From a virus (lineage: Duplodnaviria; Caudoviricetes), in the IMG/VR virus record IMGVR_UViG_3300028832_000097, positions 106,978 through 170,977 of that record: a DNA stretch of 64,000 bases. The stretch is one strand, 5' to 3'. Position numbers and translations under genes: made by a program. Position 1 is the stretch's first letter. Each line of letters opens with the position of its first letter. Below are positions 7,476-17,942 of the stretch, piece by piece. The notes beneath the pieces are model-generated. The model made no database searches. It was given only the letters and a program-made list of their open reading frames with translations, and was not told the DNA's origin.

Positions 7476-8386
7476 TGTAACACCTCTACTGATGGTACTT
7501 GCGAAAATTGCATCAAGCTCAATAAGTATATTGACAAATCATATGTGTTAGCGGATATTGTGCGAGTTTTCAATACACATTCATATGCTTGCATAAACAT
7601 GTTATATGTATCCTCACGACTCCAGCGTTTTGCATATTGTGTTAGTATAGATTGTGTATATGGCTGTACCTGTATTTTCTCCAATTCGATCATAGTAGAC
7701 ATTATGATATATAAAATATCATCATTAGATTTCAAGTACTCATCTAGCAAACTCAGAACATATTCTAAATTTCTAGAAGCAATTCCAATTTTCAAAGACC
7801 GCTCATCGGAACCATTTGCCCCGCCAAATAGATGTTTAAGTTGAGTATCATTAAAAGTATAGAGCACTTCCGGTGCAACTTGTGACATCGCACGACATAT
7901 ACTAGATGCTTGAAAATAGTCGCTACTTATATCTATAGCCAGATTTATGAACCTATCTGGAAAATTAGGAAAATCAGAATGCAGATATTTAAATATGAAA
8001 TTATCATTTACTTTATCAATAGATACTGTGTAATTTGGCAGATACTTAGCTAGTTTAGCTGAAGATTTTTCATCTTGATAAATACATACAATACAACCAC
8101 GTATCTTACATTTAGCAATTCTATTAACGGAATTAACATCTAATGATTTTATAAAATCTTGATCATATCGTACTATATACACTGCAGGGTCAGGTTCAAT
8201 GATATGTTTAGTTTCGAACAACTTCAATACCGCATCTACGGACGCATGCTCAATCTTGTTACCATAGACATTCACTAGCATATCTATATAACGCAACTTT
8301 ATCCCATACTCTTCTCCGCAAAATACATAGAATGATTTAGGAGTTTTATTCATTATCTCTAAACCTACTTCTTGTATTGTTCTCAT
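7472..8386 (-). CDS. holA: Clamp loader delta-like subunit
   Basis: N-terminal FYVFCGEEY matches the HolA YLxxGxE motif; adjacent to the holB-like gene. Confidence 0.6.
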   Translation of the reverse strand: MRTIQEVGLEIMNKTPKSFYVFCGEEYGIKLRYIDMLVNVYGNKIEHASVDAVLKLFETKHIIEPDPAVYIVRYDQDFIKSLDVNSVNRIAKCKIRGCIVCIYQDEKSSAKLAKYLPNYTVSIDKVNDNFIFKYLHSDFPNFPDRFINLAIDISSDYFQASSICRAMSQVAPEVLYTFNDTQLKHLFGGANGSDERSLKIGIASRNLEYVLSLLDEYLKSNDDILYIIMSTMIELEKIQVQPYTQSILTQYAKRWSREDTYNMFMQAYECVLKTRTISANTYDLSIYLLSLMQFSQVPSVEVLQ

Positions 8387-8865
8387 CGCTGAAACAACTC
8401 CTGAAACATGTTAAAATGCATTATGTACATGGTGCATTCATCTGCGACACCATAATATACTACTGACTCATTCAATAACGATTGTCGAAATGTTGCGGTA
8501 GATTTTATTAATTTTGGATATTTCTGAATGGTTATATTAGGGTAAAGCTCAGCAATGTCGATAGTTTCAGGTATCATACACCAAGTGTTAGATAACAACT
8601 GACTACCGTCATCTACAAACAAAACAGGATACCGCTGACGGGCTGCAGCTTCTTCAGAAATCTTATGCCATACTTTCAAATTAAACACAATTGCGCAATT
8701 AGGTGTAATATGTGTTTTACATTCACCTAACCAATCAATTCCGCACACATCTCCAGGATACAGATGCCTAGCACCGCTTCCAGGGACAACGTTCCAGCCT
8801 AATGCTTGTGCAATCTGATGTTCTTGTTTATCACTGAAATAGCGTTTGCCCTTACTGTTAGACAC
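8383..8865 (-). CDS. PD-(D/E)XK nuclease, Holliday junction resolvase-like
   Basis: QE...PGSGA...GDV...LGECKT motif; next to recA. Confidence 0.7.
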   Translation of the reverse strand: MSNSKGKRYFSDKQEHQIAQALGWNVVPGSGARHLYPGDVCGIDWLGECKTHITPNCAIVFNLKVWHKISEEAAARQRYPVLFVDDGSQLLSNTWCMIPETIDIAELYPNITIQKYPKLIKSTATFRQSLLNESVVYYGVADECTMYIMHFNMFQELFQR

Positions 8866-10018
8866 TTATACCCTCCGAAATTCCGTTTGCTTCAATATCT
8901 TCCATTATAACCTGCTTCAATGTCTCAAAATAATCCGGATGTTGCTGGACATATTCTAGAACTTTAGCGAATCCATTGAGCTTGACAGGCTTATTTTCAG
9001 CATCTATAAGAGGTTCGCGAGTTCTTGGGTCTAGCATAGTCATCCAAGCTCCGCCCTTCTTAATTATACCATATTTTTTCATAGCTAACTGACAAAAATC
9101 AATATCAACACGAATTCCAGACTGTGACATCAAGTAGTATTCGCCATTCCTTCTATCGTTAGGTGCTGATTTTTGTTTAACTAACTTAGCTGTTATCTTA
9201 TAGCCTGCAGGATTTTCTGCAGATGCAGGCAAATCATTACCAAGAAAATCTACAGGAGTACCAATCTTAAATAGTATTCGCAATGCAGAATAGAATTTAA
9301 TTGCTTGTCCTCCAGGAGTTGAAACAACATAAGGATTGTCCATGTTGTCCCTGACCTGGTTGATCAATAACATAGTGCATTCGTATCGAGCAAGTAAGGG
9401 CACTATTTTTCTGAGGAATATTGTCATCAGCCCAGCAAGTGCGGATACAGTTCGTTCACCATATTTCTTTTCAAGTTCAGATTTAGTTACAAGTGAAGGT
9501 ATTGAATCAAGCACTAGGAGCCCAACTTGCCCAGATTCAATAAGTTCTTGAACCTTCTGAAGAATATCCTCAGCTGCAATGTTAGGTGGTTGCATAACTT
9601 CAATTTCAGTATTATCAATACCTAATGTGTGGGCCCACTTAGAATCAAAAGAATGCTCTAGATCAATATATAATACTTTTTTGGGTCCAATCTCTTGTAA
9701 TTCCTCAATAGAAACAAGTGCAGATTTATCCCCTGCAGATGCCTTTTCCTGCAATGAAATTATCCTATCCTCAAATTCTTTCTGAAAAATTTCAATAGAA
9801 TTTTTACAGATATCAACAGCTGTAGTAGATTTACCACCCTGCGGATTACCGAAAAATTCTGTTATCATGTTTCTAGGAATGCCACCATAAGTTGAGTAAT
9901 TTAGTTGAGGACTAGAAAATGGTAATCTAGGTTTCTGTGCAGATGCAGCTGCATCCATCAATTCTGGGCAGTCCCAATCCTTCTTACATTTATTTATTAT
10001 GTCATCGAAACTCGACAT
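8858..10018 (-). CDS. recA: RecA/UvsX recombinase
   Basis: GGIPR, Walker A GNPQGGKST, YIDLEH, VLDSI, INQVR, TPGGQAIKFYS. Confidence 0.95.
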   Translation of the reverse strand: MSSFDDIINKCKKDWDCPELMDAAASAQKPRLPFSSPQLNYSTYGGIPRNMITEFFGNPQGGKSTTAVDICKNSIEIFQKEFEDRIISLQEKASAGDKSALVSIEELQEIGPKKVLYIDLEHSFDSKWAHTLGIDNTEIEVMQPPNIAAEDILQKVQELIESGQVGLLVLDSIPSLVTKSELEKKYGERTVSALAGLMTIFLRKIVPLLARYECTMLLINQVRDNMDNPYVVSTPGGQAIKFYSALRILFKIGTPVDFLGNDLPASAENPAGYKITAKLVKQKSAPNDRRNGEYYLMSQSGIRVDIDFCQLAMKKYGIIKKGGAWMTMLDPRTREPLIDAENKPVKLNGFAKVLEYVQQHPDYFETLKQVIMEDIEANGISEGISV

Positions 10019-10033
10019 ATAGTATATCCTCCT

Positions 10034-10585
10034 TTACAATTGATATGGGGGTAGATCCTGTGTGCTCATAGGATTTATAGGATTAGATGATTCCGCAGCA
10101 CGTCTTGAATCCCATATCTTCTTAGCACCCATGATTAATTCTCTAGAATATGTTAATTGATTTTCTACTCGAGTAATGATAGACGTGTAGCAAACTTCCA
10201 TTATTCGATATTCAGCCATCGACTGAACCAACTCATCTTTAATGATTTGCGAAAGTATGCTAGATTTCTCTCCAGTTTTAAGTAATTCAGCATTAAATGT
10301 TTTCTTCTGCTCAATCTCACGTTTGTTGTTTTCTAACTTTGTAACTTCTAGCTTTAAACGCAATTTATTTAAAGATTCGGAAACACTAAATAAATCCAGT
10401 GGGAGCTCGGTGAGAATGTATGTTAATTCTGCGTCAGTTATAGGAACTTGTTCAGACTTCATCCTAGCATGCAGCTTCTGTACTTCTGCAAATGTCGGAG
10501 CAAACACAGATTCGTAGATACTATCACAGAACTGCTCCGCAGGTGCACATTGATTATCAAGTTCCTGTTGTATTTTTTCAAACAT
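10034..10585 (-). CDS. Coiled-coil protein, possible recombination mediator
   Basis: Helical sequence directly upstream of recA; function inferred from position only. Confidence 0.5.
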   Translation of the reverse strand: MFEKIQQELDNQCAPAEQFCDSIYESVFAPTFAEVQKLHARMKSEQVPITDAELTYILTELPLDLFSVSESLNKLRLKLEVTKLENNKREIEQKKTFNAELLKTGEKSSILSQIIKDELVQSMAEYRIMEVCYTSIITRVENQLTYSRELIMGAKKIWDSRRAAESSNPINPMSTQDLPPYQL

Positions 10586-10587
10586 AT

Positions 10588-11619
10588 TTATTGATGCTCC
10601 TTCTTAGGTAATTGACATAAATAAGTTAAAGCGACCTCTTGTAAATACTGTGTCGATTTCAATTCGTTGTTCATACTCAAGAGCTTATTTGCAAGTTTAA
10701 GGCACACGATAGAATGTGCTGTCCCATACTTAGAGATCTTATCATTGTACTGTGAGGGTATCAAAGTTTTTTCAATGTCCTGCAAAAAGATGTATTTAAC
10801 TACATTGATTATAAAACTATGAAACCCTTCAAACCACTTAACAAAGTTAACACCGGAATTATAGACTTCTGAAACAATACGTGTTACTTCAGAATTATCT
10901 TTGCTTGCATACGCTTGCAACAATGCGAAATAATCATCATAGTTAGGTAGATTCAATGCAATTTCTAAGTTCGACAAAGTTACATCATCACTATAAGTAA
11001 GAGCCTTGTCTAATAAAGTTAACGCATCTCTCATACCACCATTGGCCAATTTTGCAATAAAATTGATAGCCGACTCTTCATAAGTAATGTTGCGACCTTC
11101 TGCAATCTCGCAATCTAAAACATACTTTAACCTGGCAGTTATGCCCGCTAGACTAATTTTAGATAACTGAAACGTTTGTACTCTGGAAAGTATTGTCGCA
11201 GGTATTTTCTCAGGATTAGTAGTGCAAAACAGAAAAATACTTTTTGCTACACCAGATTCAATAGGTATGAGCAAACTTTGGAAAGCACTTTGGCTCAATG
11301 CATGGACCTCATCTATAATGAATACTTTATATCGGCCTACAATTGGATACTGCTGTGCTTCTTTCATGAGATTTCGCATATGCTCAACACCGCTGTTAGA
11401 CGCCGCGTCAATCTCAATAGGCTCACCTTGACCCTCATTGAGTACGTTTGCAATACAACGTGCTATGGAAGTCTTTCCACAGCCCGCAGGTCCAATAAAC
11501 AAGAAATTGCGATTGATATGATCTTTGTCCTCACACATCTTTCGAACAATATCTACAACAAGGGACTGCTCTGTGAAATCATCGAAAGTTTTTGGCCTAT
11601 ATTTCGTAGCTAAACTCAT
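10588..11619 (-). CDS. dnaX: Clamp loader gamma/tau subunit
   Basis: LATKYRPKTF, GPAGCGKT, EIDAASNSGV, IIDEVHALS, TILSR, GGMRDALTLLD. Confidence 0.95.
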   Translation of the reverse strand: MSLATKYRPKTFDDFTEQSLVVDIVRKMCEDKDHINRNFLFIGPAGCGKTSIARCIANVLNEGQGEPIEIDAASNSGVEHMRNLMKEAQQYPIVGRYKVFIIDEVHALSQSAFQSLLIPIESGVAKSIFLFCTTNPEKIPATILSRVQTFQLSKISLAGITARLKYVLDCEIAEGRNITYEESAINFIAKLANGGMRDALTLLDKALTYSDDVTLSNLEIALNLPNYDDYFALLQAYASKDNSEVTRIVSEVYNSGVNFVKWFEGFHSFIINVVKYIFLQDIEKTLIPSQYNDKISKYGTAHSIVCLKLANKLLSMNNELKSTQYLQEVALTYLCQLPKKEHQ

Positions 11620-11664
11620 GTATAACCTCCAAAATTATATCACAATTCACCAATAATAACGATT

Positions 11665-12453
11665 TTATCGCCCATATTCCTTACACTTCTTATAGTAAGG
11701 GCAGAAATTAGGTGTACACCATTTATCACCGGCAGGAAGACCTTCAGGAGCTATGTTTTTATCAACCATGTCCATAACATAATTAAATTTATCCCAAGTT
11801 TGAGATAATACGTAATCTGGGACAGATAATTCGTAACATTTGATGTTCCCATATTGACGATCTACATACAGCATGATAACATGTTTTAATTTAAGCAGTG
11901 CACAATAAGCATACACTTGATCAATATGTTCTTGCTTAGGACCTGTAAGGTTGTTCCATACACTGAATTCACATGATTTTATTTCAAATAAGTGATATTC
12001 ACCATTCACACGAATAATTCCATCAACTGCGCATCTTACTGGAGGGTTCACAATATCTAAGAAACTTTCAAGCGAATCTTCAGAAGGTGTACAGGTATAG
12101 GTGTAGTCAGGTGATAGTTCGTTTAAGTAATCCTCTAAAGAAATCCAATCGCCTTTTAAAAGTTCTGCAAGATTTGATTGTATTACACGATGGATAGCTG
12201 TGCCGATATCTGCAGTAAATTGAAGACCTCGGTCCGGATTAGGCATTGTATCAGGATCTACTCCTCTAATCCGAAACCAAGACCTCCTATTGCATCTAAG
12301 TTGTGAAGGTGCAAAGGTCTTATGAGGTGCCCTTGCACGGTCTGCAACAATCTTAGAATCTACAAATTTCTCATAGTTATCCAGAAATTTTGCGCTAGTT
12401 ATAGAATTAAATCTAGAAACTGCAGCAGAATTGATAGATCTAAAGGACATCAT
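11665..12453 (-). CDS. Cas4-like PD-(D/E)XK exonuclease
   Basis: PSQLRC, GTAIH, VDG...FEIKS, QVYAY and C-terminal CxxxxCPYxxxC cysteines. Confidence 0.85.
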   Translation of the reverse strand: MMSFRSINSAAVSRFNSITSAKFLDNYEKFVDSKIVADRARAPHKTFAPSQLRCNRRSWFRIRGVDPDTMPNPDRGLQFTADIGTAIHRVIQSNLAELLKGDWISLEDYLNELSPDYTYTCTPSEDSLESFLDIVNPPVRCAVDGIIRVNGEYHLFEIKSCEFSVWNNLTGPKQEHIDQVYAYCALLKLKHVIMLYVDRQYGNIKCYELSVPDYVLSQTWDKFNYVMDMVDKNIAPEGLPAGDKWCTPNFCPYYKKCKEYGR

Positions 12454-13556
12454 TCTACTCCAGCAAGTATAGTAGTAAGTGTGCCATCGTTGACGATGAT
12501 CCCCTGTATCTCACCTTCTGATTTGAATGGACTTATTGATACATCGGATTCTCCGTAGTTACTGATGATTTTCTTCAGTGCTGCAAGCTTGAATTCTGAA
12601 GTATAAGCTTCAGAAGTTCCTGCAACATCAATAGCGCAGTTTACATTTTTATCATGTAATGAAACCTTACCAGATTCTACTGTAAAATTAATAGTATCTT
12701 CGGAAGTCGTTGAAAGCAACTCAGCCTGTGACAGAAACTTGCTGAGTTGAGAAGCTTTGCATTGAATTCCAGAATCATCTGTTTTCAGTATGTTGAGTAT
12801 CATTTCGGAATTGTAACTTCCTACACCTTCGTCAGACTCGTAGTATGGAGTGAATTCAGAAAGATATGTATAACTATCTGTAGTAGCAGAAATCAGATAG
12901 TTTCGTCCGTCAGCTGCCTTAGAAATCTTGCTATCATCCGGCAAAGAAGTAAACAAGTTAATTACAGTATCAGATAATAGACAAGTGTTGCCAAGCTTAC
13001 CAAGTTTAGAATGTGTAAAAAGTGAATTATCAATATCACCTACTAATACATCACCATCACTGCCGACCCATACACGTGTATACACAGGATGTATGAAGGA
13101 AATTGCTAGTGCAAACAGCTGATTATCTTTGATATACTTCCAACTAGACTTATCAATAGCAATGCGTGTACCATCGGAAGTTAACGGAGCCGGTGTATCT
13201 AGTTCGAGTTCATCTCCATCAATCATCTTTGGCAATGTAAATTTAGACTTTCCAGAAGTGATGACTAACCCTGAGTCATTGATATCTAGCGTAACTGTAT
13301 TAGACTCAATAGAAGACACAAGCTGCTTGAGAAGTAAACTTCCTACAAATATCCTAGAATCTCCTGAACCTTCTGAACTACCTTTAACCGATATTTCTGT
13401 TTTGATCGACGCAGTTTCAACGTTGATTTTAAGGATATTTTCTCCGATTGTCAGCTGAACTATGTTGCTCTTCTTATGATAGTTAGAAACATTAGAATTA
13501 ATGATTCCAATATCAAGTGCGTTTGAAAGTGGTGTTGTGTTACAAGTAAATTTCAT
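12450..13556 (-). CDS. dnaN: Beta sliding clamp
   Basis: 368 aa, MKFTCN start, ITSGKSKFTLP motif, three-domain length; lies between the polymerase and the loader genes. Confidence 0.8.
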   Translation of the reverse strand: MKFTCNTTPLSNALDIGIINSNVSNYHKKSNIVQLTIGENILKINVETASIKTEISVKGSSEGSGDSRIFVGSLLLKQLVSSIESNTVTLDINDSGLVITSGKSKFTLPKMIDGDELELDTPAPLTSDGTRIAIDKSSWKYIKDNQLFALAISFIHPVYTRVWVGSDGDVLVGDIDNSLFTHSKLGKLGNTCLLSDTVINLFTSLPDDSKISKAADGRNYLISATTDSYTYLSEFTPYYESDEGVGSYNSEMILNILKTDDSGIQCKASQLSKFLSQAELLSTTSEDTINFTVESGKVSLHDKNVNCAIDVAGTSEAYTSEFKLAALKKIISNYGESDVSISPFKSEGEIQGIIVNDGTLTTILAGVE

Positions 13557-13599
13557 GTATTGACCTCCTTATGATTATACATATACTATAACGATTTTA

Positions 13600-16164
13600 C
13601 TATTTCCCGTAAGTCACTCTTCGCTCAATATCGTCAAGAAATTCTTCCTGTGTTACGTGAAATCTACCTAAATAATGTGTAATACCTTCATTGTATTCAT
13701 CACTTATGATTCCATTAACACCTAAAGCAGCATCACCTCTAGGTTTACTGCCGTCTTCATTTTTAAAAACTGGTAATTTATATTCCATTTCAAATAAATG
13801 ATACTGTATCCATTTCACTTCTTCCGGATCTTTAGTTAGAATACTAGTAGGTTTAGGGTACTTGCAAGGATATTCCATGCCGTACCACCGAAGTGTAGTT
13901 GTTACGTCGCATTTACTTGGAAATGGCAAGTATTCTGCAGCTTTACACATCATTTCACTGAGAAGTTCACCGCCACGTTTATAATTTTCAATCTTAACTT
14001 CTGCAAGCAACTCATCATGTATAGGGGTTAATAACCTACCTCCTATGTCTTTCCACTCCTGATTATTTTCTAGCATCAAGATAGCAAGTTTGGTTTGGTC
14101 TGCAGCACTGCCTTGTATTACACTATTAACAGTCTGTCTTGTAGCATCATTGATCTTACTAGAATTATTAGTTACTTTAATACCTTCCTCGTATAGCTCA
14201 CGAGTTCTTCTCGCAATCTGACCAAAATATTTGTAACTATTGAATTCATCAGTAAGTAGTTTAACAATTCTTTCTGGAATGTCAGATTTATGCTGAAGCG
14301 TTGTAGGATCTAACGGATCTATATCAGGGTTCACATAATTCTTCATTGCGGAGAATTGAAATCTAGGTAACTGCATGTCTGGAAGATGCCTACGCCTTCC
14401 AAGAATTGTTTCAGTGTATCCTAATTTTCGAGCAGATGCTTGAGTATTAACCATAAGCCGCTGAAGTCCCGGAAATGCTTTCATAACAGAGTCATATACT
14501 CGTTGTGCAGCTTTTACTTTAGCTTCATCTGACATATCATCTCTATGACCATAAAGCTGCTCCGCAATAGACGGAATAGCACGGCCATAACAAATACCTA
14601 ACAATACTGTTTTGGCCTCACCTCTTCGAGCTTTACCATCAGGCTGATATTCATGAGTTTCAGGATGGAATTCCAAACAGTTTTCATAAGGTACACCAAA
14701 TGCTAAACTAGCGATACTTGCATAAATATCTCTATCTTGAATAAATGAATCAATCATTCCTTTATCTTGAGATACAAATGCTGTTATTCTAGGTTCCTGG
14801 GCCGAGTAATCGCTGGACAACATAACATATCCAGGAGTAGCTCTAAACATATGGCGAATATCTGTTGCATGCGAAGGAATGTTCATCATGTTTGGCTCCG
14901 AAGAACTCAGACGTCCTGTGGATGCGCCGATCTGATTGAACCTAGCATGAATTCTACTATCAGAAGTAGTTGCTTTAGGCATCTTCTCTACAAACGTACT
15001 TATGAGTACCCCAAAACTTCTGACCTTCAGTATCTGATTTGTGATAGGAAGATTCATTTCTTTGAGTACTTCTTTATCAGTAGACTGTCCTTTGCCTGCA
15101 GGCAATTCCATTATGTTATACAATAGATGTTTTACATGCAAAGTAGATTTAGGGTTGAAATTAGCCCCGCTAGTAAACGGTTGAGTTGTACCAAATGATT
15201 TTGTATATGGATGATCCGCTAACTGTTGATCTACCATTTCTGCAAGTTTTGCTTTCTCTTTAGCCTCCTCTTCCTTGTATCGAGGTACAAGCATACTTGC
15301 AGTTTCTTTATCAAGATAGATACCTAATCTATGCATGTTTTGACAGATAGGTGCAAGTGGAAATTCTACATTCCAAACCAAATCAGCAATACTTTCTAAA
15401 TGTGCCTTTTTACACTTCTCATGAGTTTTTGTTACATAAGGTAACTGCCATTTGAAAAGTTCATAAGTAATCTTAGCGTCGTTGGCTGCATATAACTTAG
15501 CAACATCTGGCTTACAATATGGAAATAGTTTTGGAGAGAAGAAATCGTTGAACTTCATTGGATCTCCGTGGCCTTTAAGCACATACTTATTATAAAGTAC
15601 TTTCAAGGCATTGTCAGGCTCATTCTCCTTCAAACATCTCCATGCTAAAATTACATCATAGTAGAATGCAGGATTTAAATCTACTTTTAGATCCTTATAC
15701 ACCATTGCAGAGTCGAAATCAAAGTTAGCAAAAATCAGCTTAGTATCTGCATCTACTAATCTTTGAAATTCTAACCCTACATCCTCATATGAAAGTTGAT
15801 TTTTGTACGGTGTATCAAATATAGGGACTAGATGCTTCATAGGGATGTAACATTCATCACCCCCGGGATAATACAAAGAAGCCCCTACAATAGTATCTCG
15901 TATTCTATCAAGACCTGTAGTCTCTGTATCTAGGCCAGCATATCCTGCATCAATACATTCATCTATGTAATCATGTAACTGGAACTTGTCTGTAATAAGT
16001 ATGGCAGGCGAATCCTTAAAGTACTCAATTACTTTTTGAGATGTCGCCTGCAGCTCATCATTTATTCCTTTAGATGCAACGGATTTAGGAGGCTCTAGTA
16101 ATTCTTTGCTTTTGGCAGCAACTTGATTTATTTGTTCAAGTTGCGATGCACTAAACAGCCCCAT
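13600..16164 (-). CDS. polA: Family A DNA polymerase with 3'-5' exonuclease
   Basis: Exo DTETTG and YAANDA; TGRLSSSEPN; motif A DYSAQEPR; motif B RGEAKTVLLGICYG; motif C IHDE. Confidence 0.95.
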   Translation of the reverse strand: MGLFSASQLEQINQVAAKSKELLEPPKSVASKGINDELQATSQKVIEYFKDSPAILITDKFQLHDYIDECIDAGYAGLDTETTGLDRIRDTIVGASLYYPGGDECYIPMKHLVPIFDTPYKNQLSYEDVGLEFQRLVDADTKLIFANFDFDSAMVYKDLKVDLNPAFYYDVILAWRCLKENEPDNALKVLYNKYVLKGHGDPMKFNDFFSPKLFPYCKPDVAKLYAANDAKITYELFKWQLPYVTKTHEKCKKAHLESIADLVWNVEFPLAPICQNMHRLGIYLDKETASMLVPRYKEEEAKEKAKLAEMVDQQLADHPYTKSFGTTQPFTSGANFNPKSTLHVKHLLYNIMELPAGKGQSTDKEVLKEMNLPITNQILKVRSFGVLISTFVEKMPKATTSDSRIHARFNQIGASTGRLSSSEPNMMNIPSHATDIRHMFRATPGYVMLSSDYSAQEPRITAFVSQDKGMIDSFIQDRDIYASIASLAFGVPYENCLEFHPETHEYQPDGKARRGEAKTVLLGICYGRAIPSIAEQLYGHRDDMSDEAKVKAAQRVYDSVMKAFPGLQRLMVNTQASARKLGYTETILGRRRHLPDMQLPRFQFSAMKNYVNPDIDPLDPTTLQHKSDIPERIVKLLTDEFNSYKYFGQIARRTRELYEEGIKVTNNSSKINDATRQTVNSVIQGSAADQTKLAILMLENNQEWKDIGGRLLTPIHDELLAEVKIENYKRGGELLSEMMCKAAEYLPFPSKCDVTTTLRWYGMEYPCKYPKPTSILTKDPEEVKWIQYHLFEMEYKLPVFKNEDGSKPRGDAALGVNGIISDEYNEGITHYLGRFHVTQEEFLDDIERRVTYGK

Positions 16165-16179
16165 CTAGCACCTCCGAAC

Positions 16180-16932
16180 TTAGAAACTTACATCATCGTC
16201 ATCCAGTGTCTCAACACCCTCAGCAGTAACATCAACATCTGCAGATGCAGTGTTGTCAATTACAGTAGTTACTGGGGGCATAACAGAATCTACGCGATTG
16301 ATAGCAGCCGGAACAGATACCCTAGGAGTTGCTACGTACTCACCAAGATTTGCTGTAGAAGCTGTATTATCACCTGTATTCATGAGTAATTCCGACAACT
16401 TGAATGTAGGATATTCGACAACTACCTGTTCATAATCTTTAGGCATAGAAGTATTGAACTTGACAAGAATATCATCATAAGTTGCAATGGTATTGAGGCC
16501 AATGGCTCGAATTTCATACCTAGTATCTCGGCTCTGTGCCTCTCCATGACGTGTAATCCTAAATACACACTCGCTTGGATTGGGATACTTGTTAAAAACA
16601 TCTGCCATCAACTGCGGTTCAAAATAAGTTGTACGATCAAAATATCTGATCTCTGGATTCTCCAGCGTCTCTCCGTTCTTTGCAATGACATACAATGGTA
16701 TGAATATCTTGTTTTGAATTCGGATACCCTTTTCGCATGCAGGACAGCCTGCGCCACAACAATGCACATACCCAGAATAATCCGAAGATTTAATGTAATG
16801 AACGTCGGCAATCATAACATCTCCGACGCTCTTATACATAAAGATTACGTCTGCGTATTCTCCGTCGTTCTGGAGTGTAAAAAATCCTTTGTTCTTTTCA
16901 GCATTGTACTGATTGAGTGATTTGAAAGCCAT
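16180..16932 (-). CDS. Single-stranded DNA-binding protein (gp32-like)
   Basis: H...HCCGAGCPAC zinc motif, acidic DDDDVSF tail, upstream of the polymerase. Confidence 0.75.
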   Translation of the reverse strand: MAFKSLNQYNAEKNKGFFTLQNDGEYADVIFMYKSVGDVMIADVHYIKSSDYSGYVHCCGAGCPACEKGIRIQNKIFIPLYVIAKNGETLENPEIRYFDRTTYFEPQLMADVFNKYPNPSECVFRITRHGEAQSRDTRYEIRAIGLNTIATYDDILVKFNTSMPKDYEQVVVEYPTFKLSELLMNTGDNTASTANLGEYVATPRVSVPAAINRVDSVMPPVTTVIDNTASADVDVTAEGVETLDDDDVSF

Positions 16933-16968
16933 AAATGGTTCCTCCTGTTTTGATCTTTATTGATATAG

Positions 16969-17391
16969 TTACAATAACGATTCTTTATTCCAACTTACAT
17001 AAGAATCGTTTGTTTCACGAAGTTTGAGCTCTTTGAGTATTACTCCGGGTTCTTTGAGATTAAGTAATCCTTGTAATAAAACTGCAATGTTGTTGCATAT
17101 TGCTTCCGCGCAGAGTGGGTACTCTACTTCCTTGCTCTGAACGCCACTGCGAGTCATCGCTCGAGCAATGTCCGCTCCGAAAGAATCACCAGCGGAATAC
17201 AAGAAAGTGTTATCAAAAGAAGCCTGTTTCATGTATTTTTGCAATCTAGAAAACTCAATTATCATCTTATCATCTTCAGCACGCTGAGGGCATTCCACAG
17301 TAGCTTCTAACTTATACTGATATGCATTGAGCATTCCATCTCTAACATATGCAGCACTGAATGTAGTTCGTGTAGTTACGTCTAAATTCAT
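16969..17391 (-). CDS. QueD/PTPS-like T-fold protein lacking the Zn-binding histidines
   Basis: FSAAY (vs FxAAH), NAYQY (vs HGHxY), IIEFxxL, CAEAI (vs TAExI), LRETxxS. Confidence 0.7.
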   Translation of the reverse strand: MNLDVTTRTTFSAAYVRDGMLNAYQYKLEATVECPQRAEDDKMIIEFSRLQKYMKQASFDNTFLYSAGDSFGADIARAMTRSGVQSKEVEYPLCAEAICNNIAVLLQGLLNLKEPGVILKELKLRETNDSYVSWNKESLL

Positions 17392-17603
17392 AAACTAACC
17401 TCCATAACTCCAGAAATATAATCTCTACAATGTGTATCATTAACTTCGTAAGATATGCATACGCTATGTTCAAACACACCCGGTACGGTACTACTAGGTA
17501 CAATACTGTACTGGATATCAAGAACACGCTTATCTGCAATGAATGCATTTACTGAATCTTCTACAACTAATGCAGACTCATTGTGAAATATTTTGATTTT
17601 CAT
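17388..17603 (-). CDS. Small protein, Cse60/DUF2758-like
   Basis: KIKIF...EDSVNAFI...VLDIQYS pattern. Confidence 0.5.
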   Translation of the reverse strand: MKIKIFHNESALVVEDSVNAFIADKRVLDIQYSIVPSSTVPGVFEHSVCISYEVNDTHCRDYISGVMEVSL

Positions 17604-17919
17604 TAGTATTTAACCCCTTTCTGATATCCCAAGCTGCTAAGAAATAGAATATCCAAGATTTATCAGATGTTTTGTATCCGTATGCAATTGCATTGACCAT
17701 GAAGTATGTCAATTGAGAATAACATTCTTCTAAATCGCAAGACATTGTTACCTCATAGTAGATGTCCTGCACCGCAAGATATTCCTCCATATCTCTGATA
17801 GCAAAGAGATTATTGCGAGCAGCTAGTGTAGTGTAATAGCTTTTCAGATCCAGATATCCAATTTTCTTAGAAGAAAGATAAGAAGTATAGTCAGTCTTAA
17901 CAAATTCATAAGGTGTCAT
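17578..17919 (-). CDS. Hypothetical protein
   Basis: ATG 17919 after AAGGAGG. Confidence 0.6.
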   Translation of the reverse strand: MTPYEFVKTDYTSYLSSKKIGYLDLKSYYTTLAARNNLFAIRDMEEYLAVQDIYYEVTMSCDLEECYSQLTYFMVNAIAYGYKTSDKSWIFYFLAAWDIRKGLNTNENQNISQ

Positions 17920-17942
17920 GGTCACAACCTCCTTACAAACAA

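Noticed and set aside
11665-12453. Cas4-like gene as evidence of a CRISPR-Cas system
   Set aside because: No repeat-spacer array or other cas gene seen; solo Cas4-like nucleases are common in phage replication modules.
13600-16164. Insertion between polymerase motifs B and C as an intein
   Set aside because: About 80 aa with no C/S start, HN end or endonuclease motifs; likely a lineage-specific subdomain.
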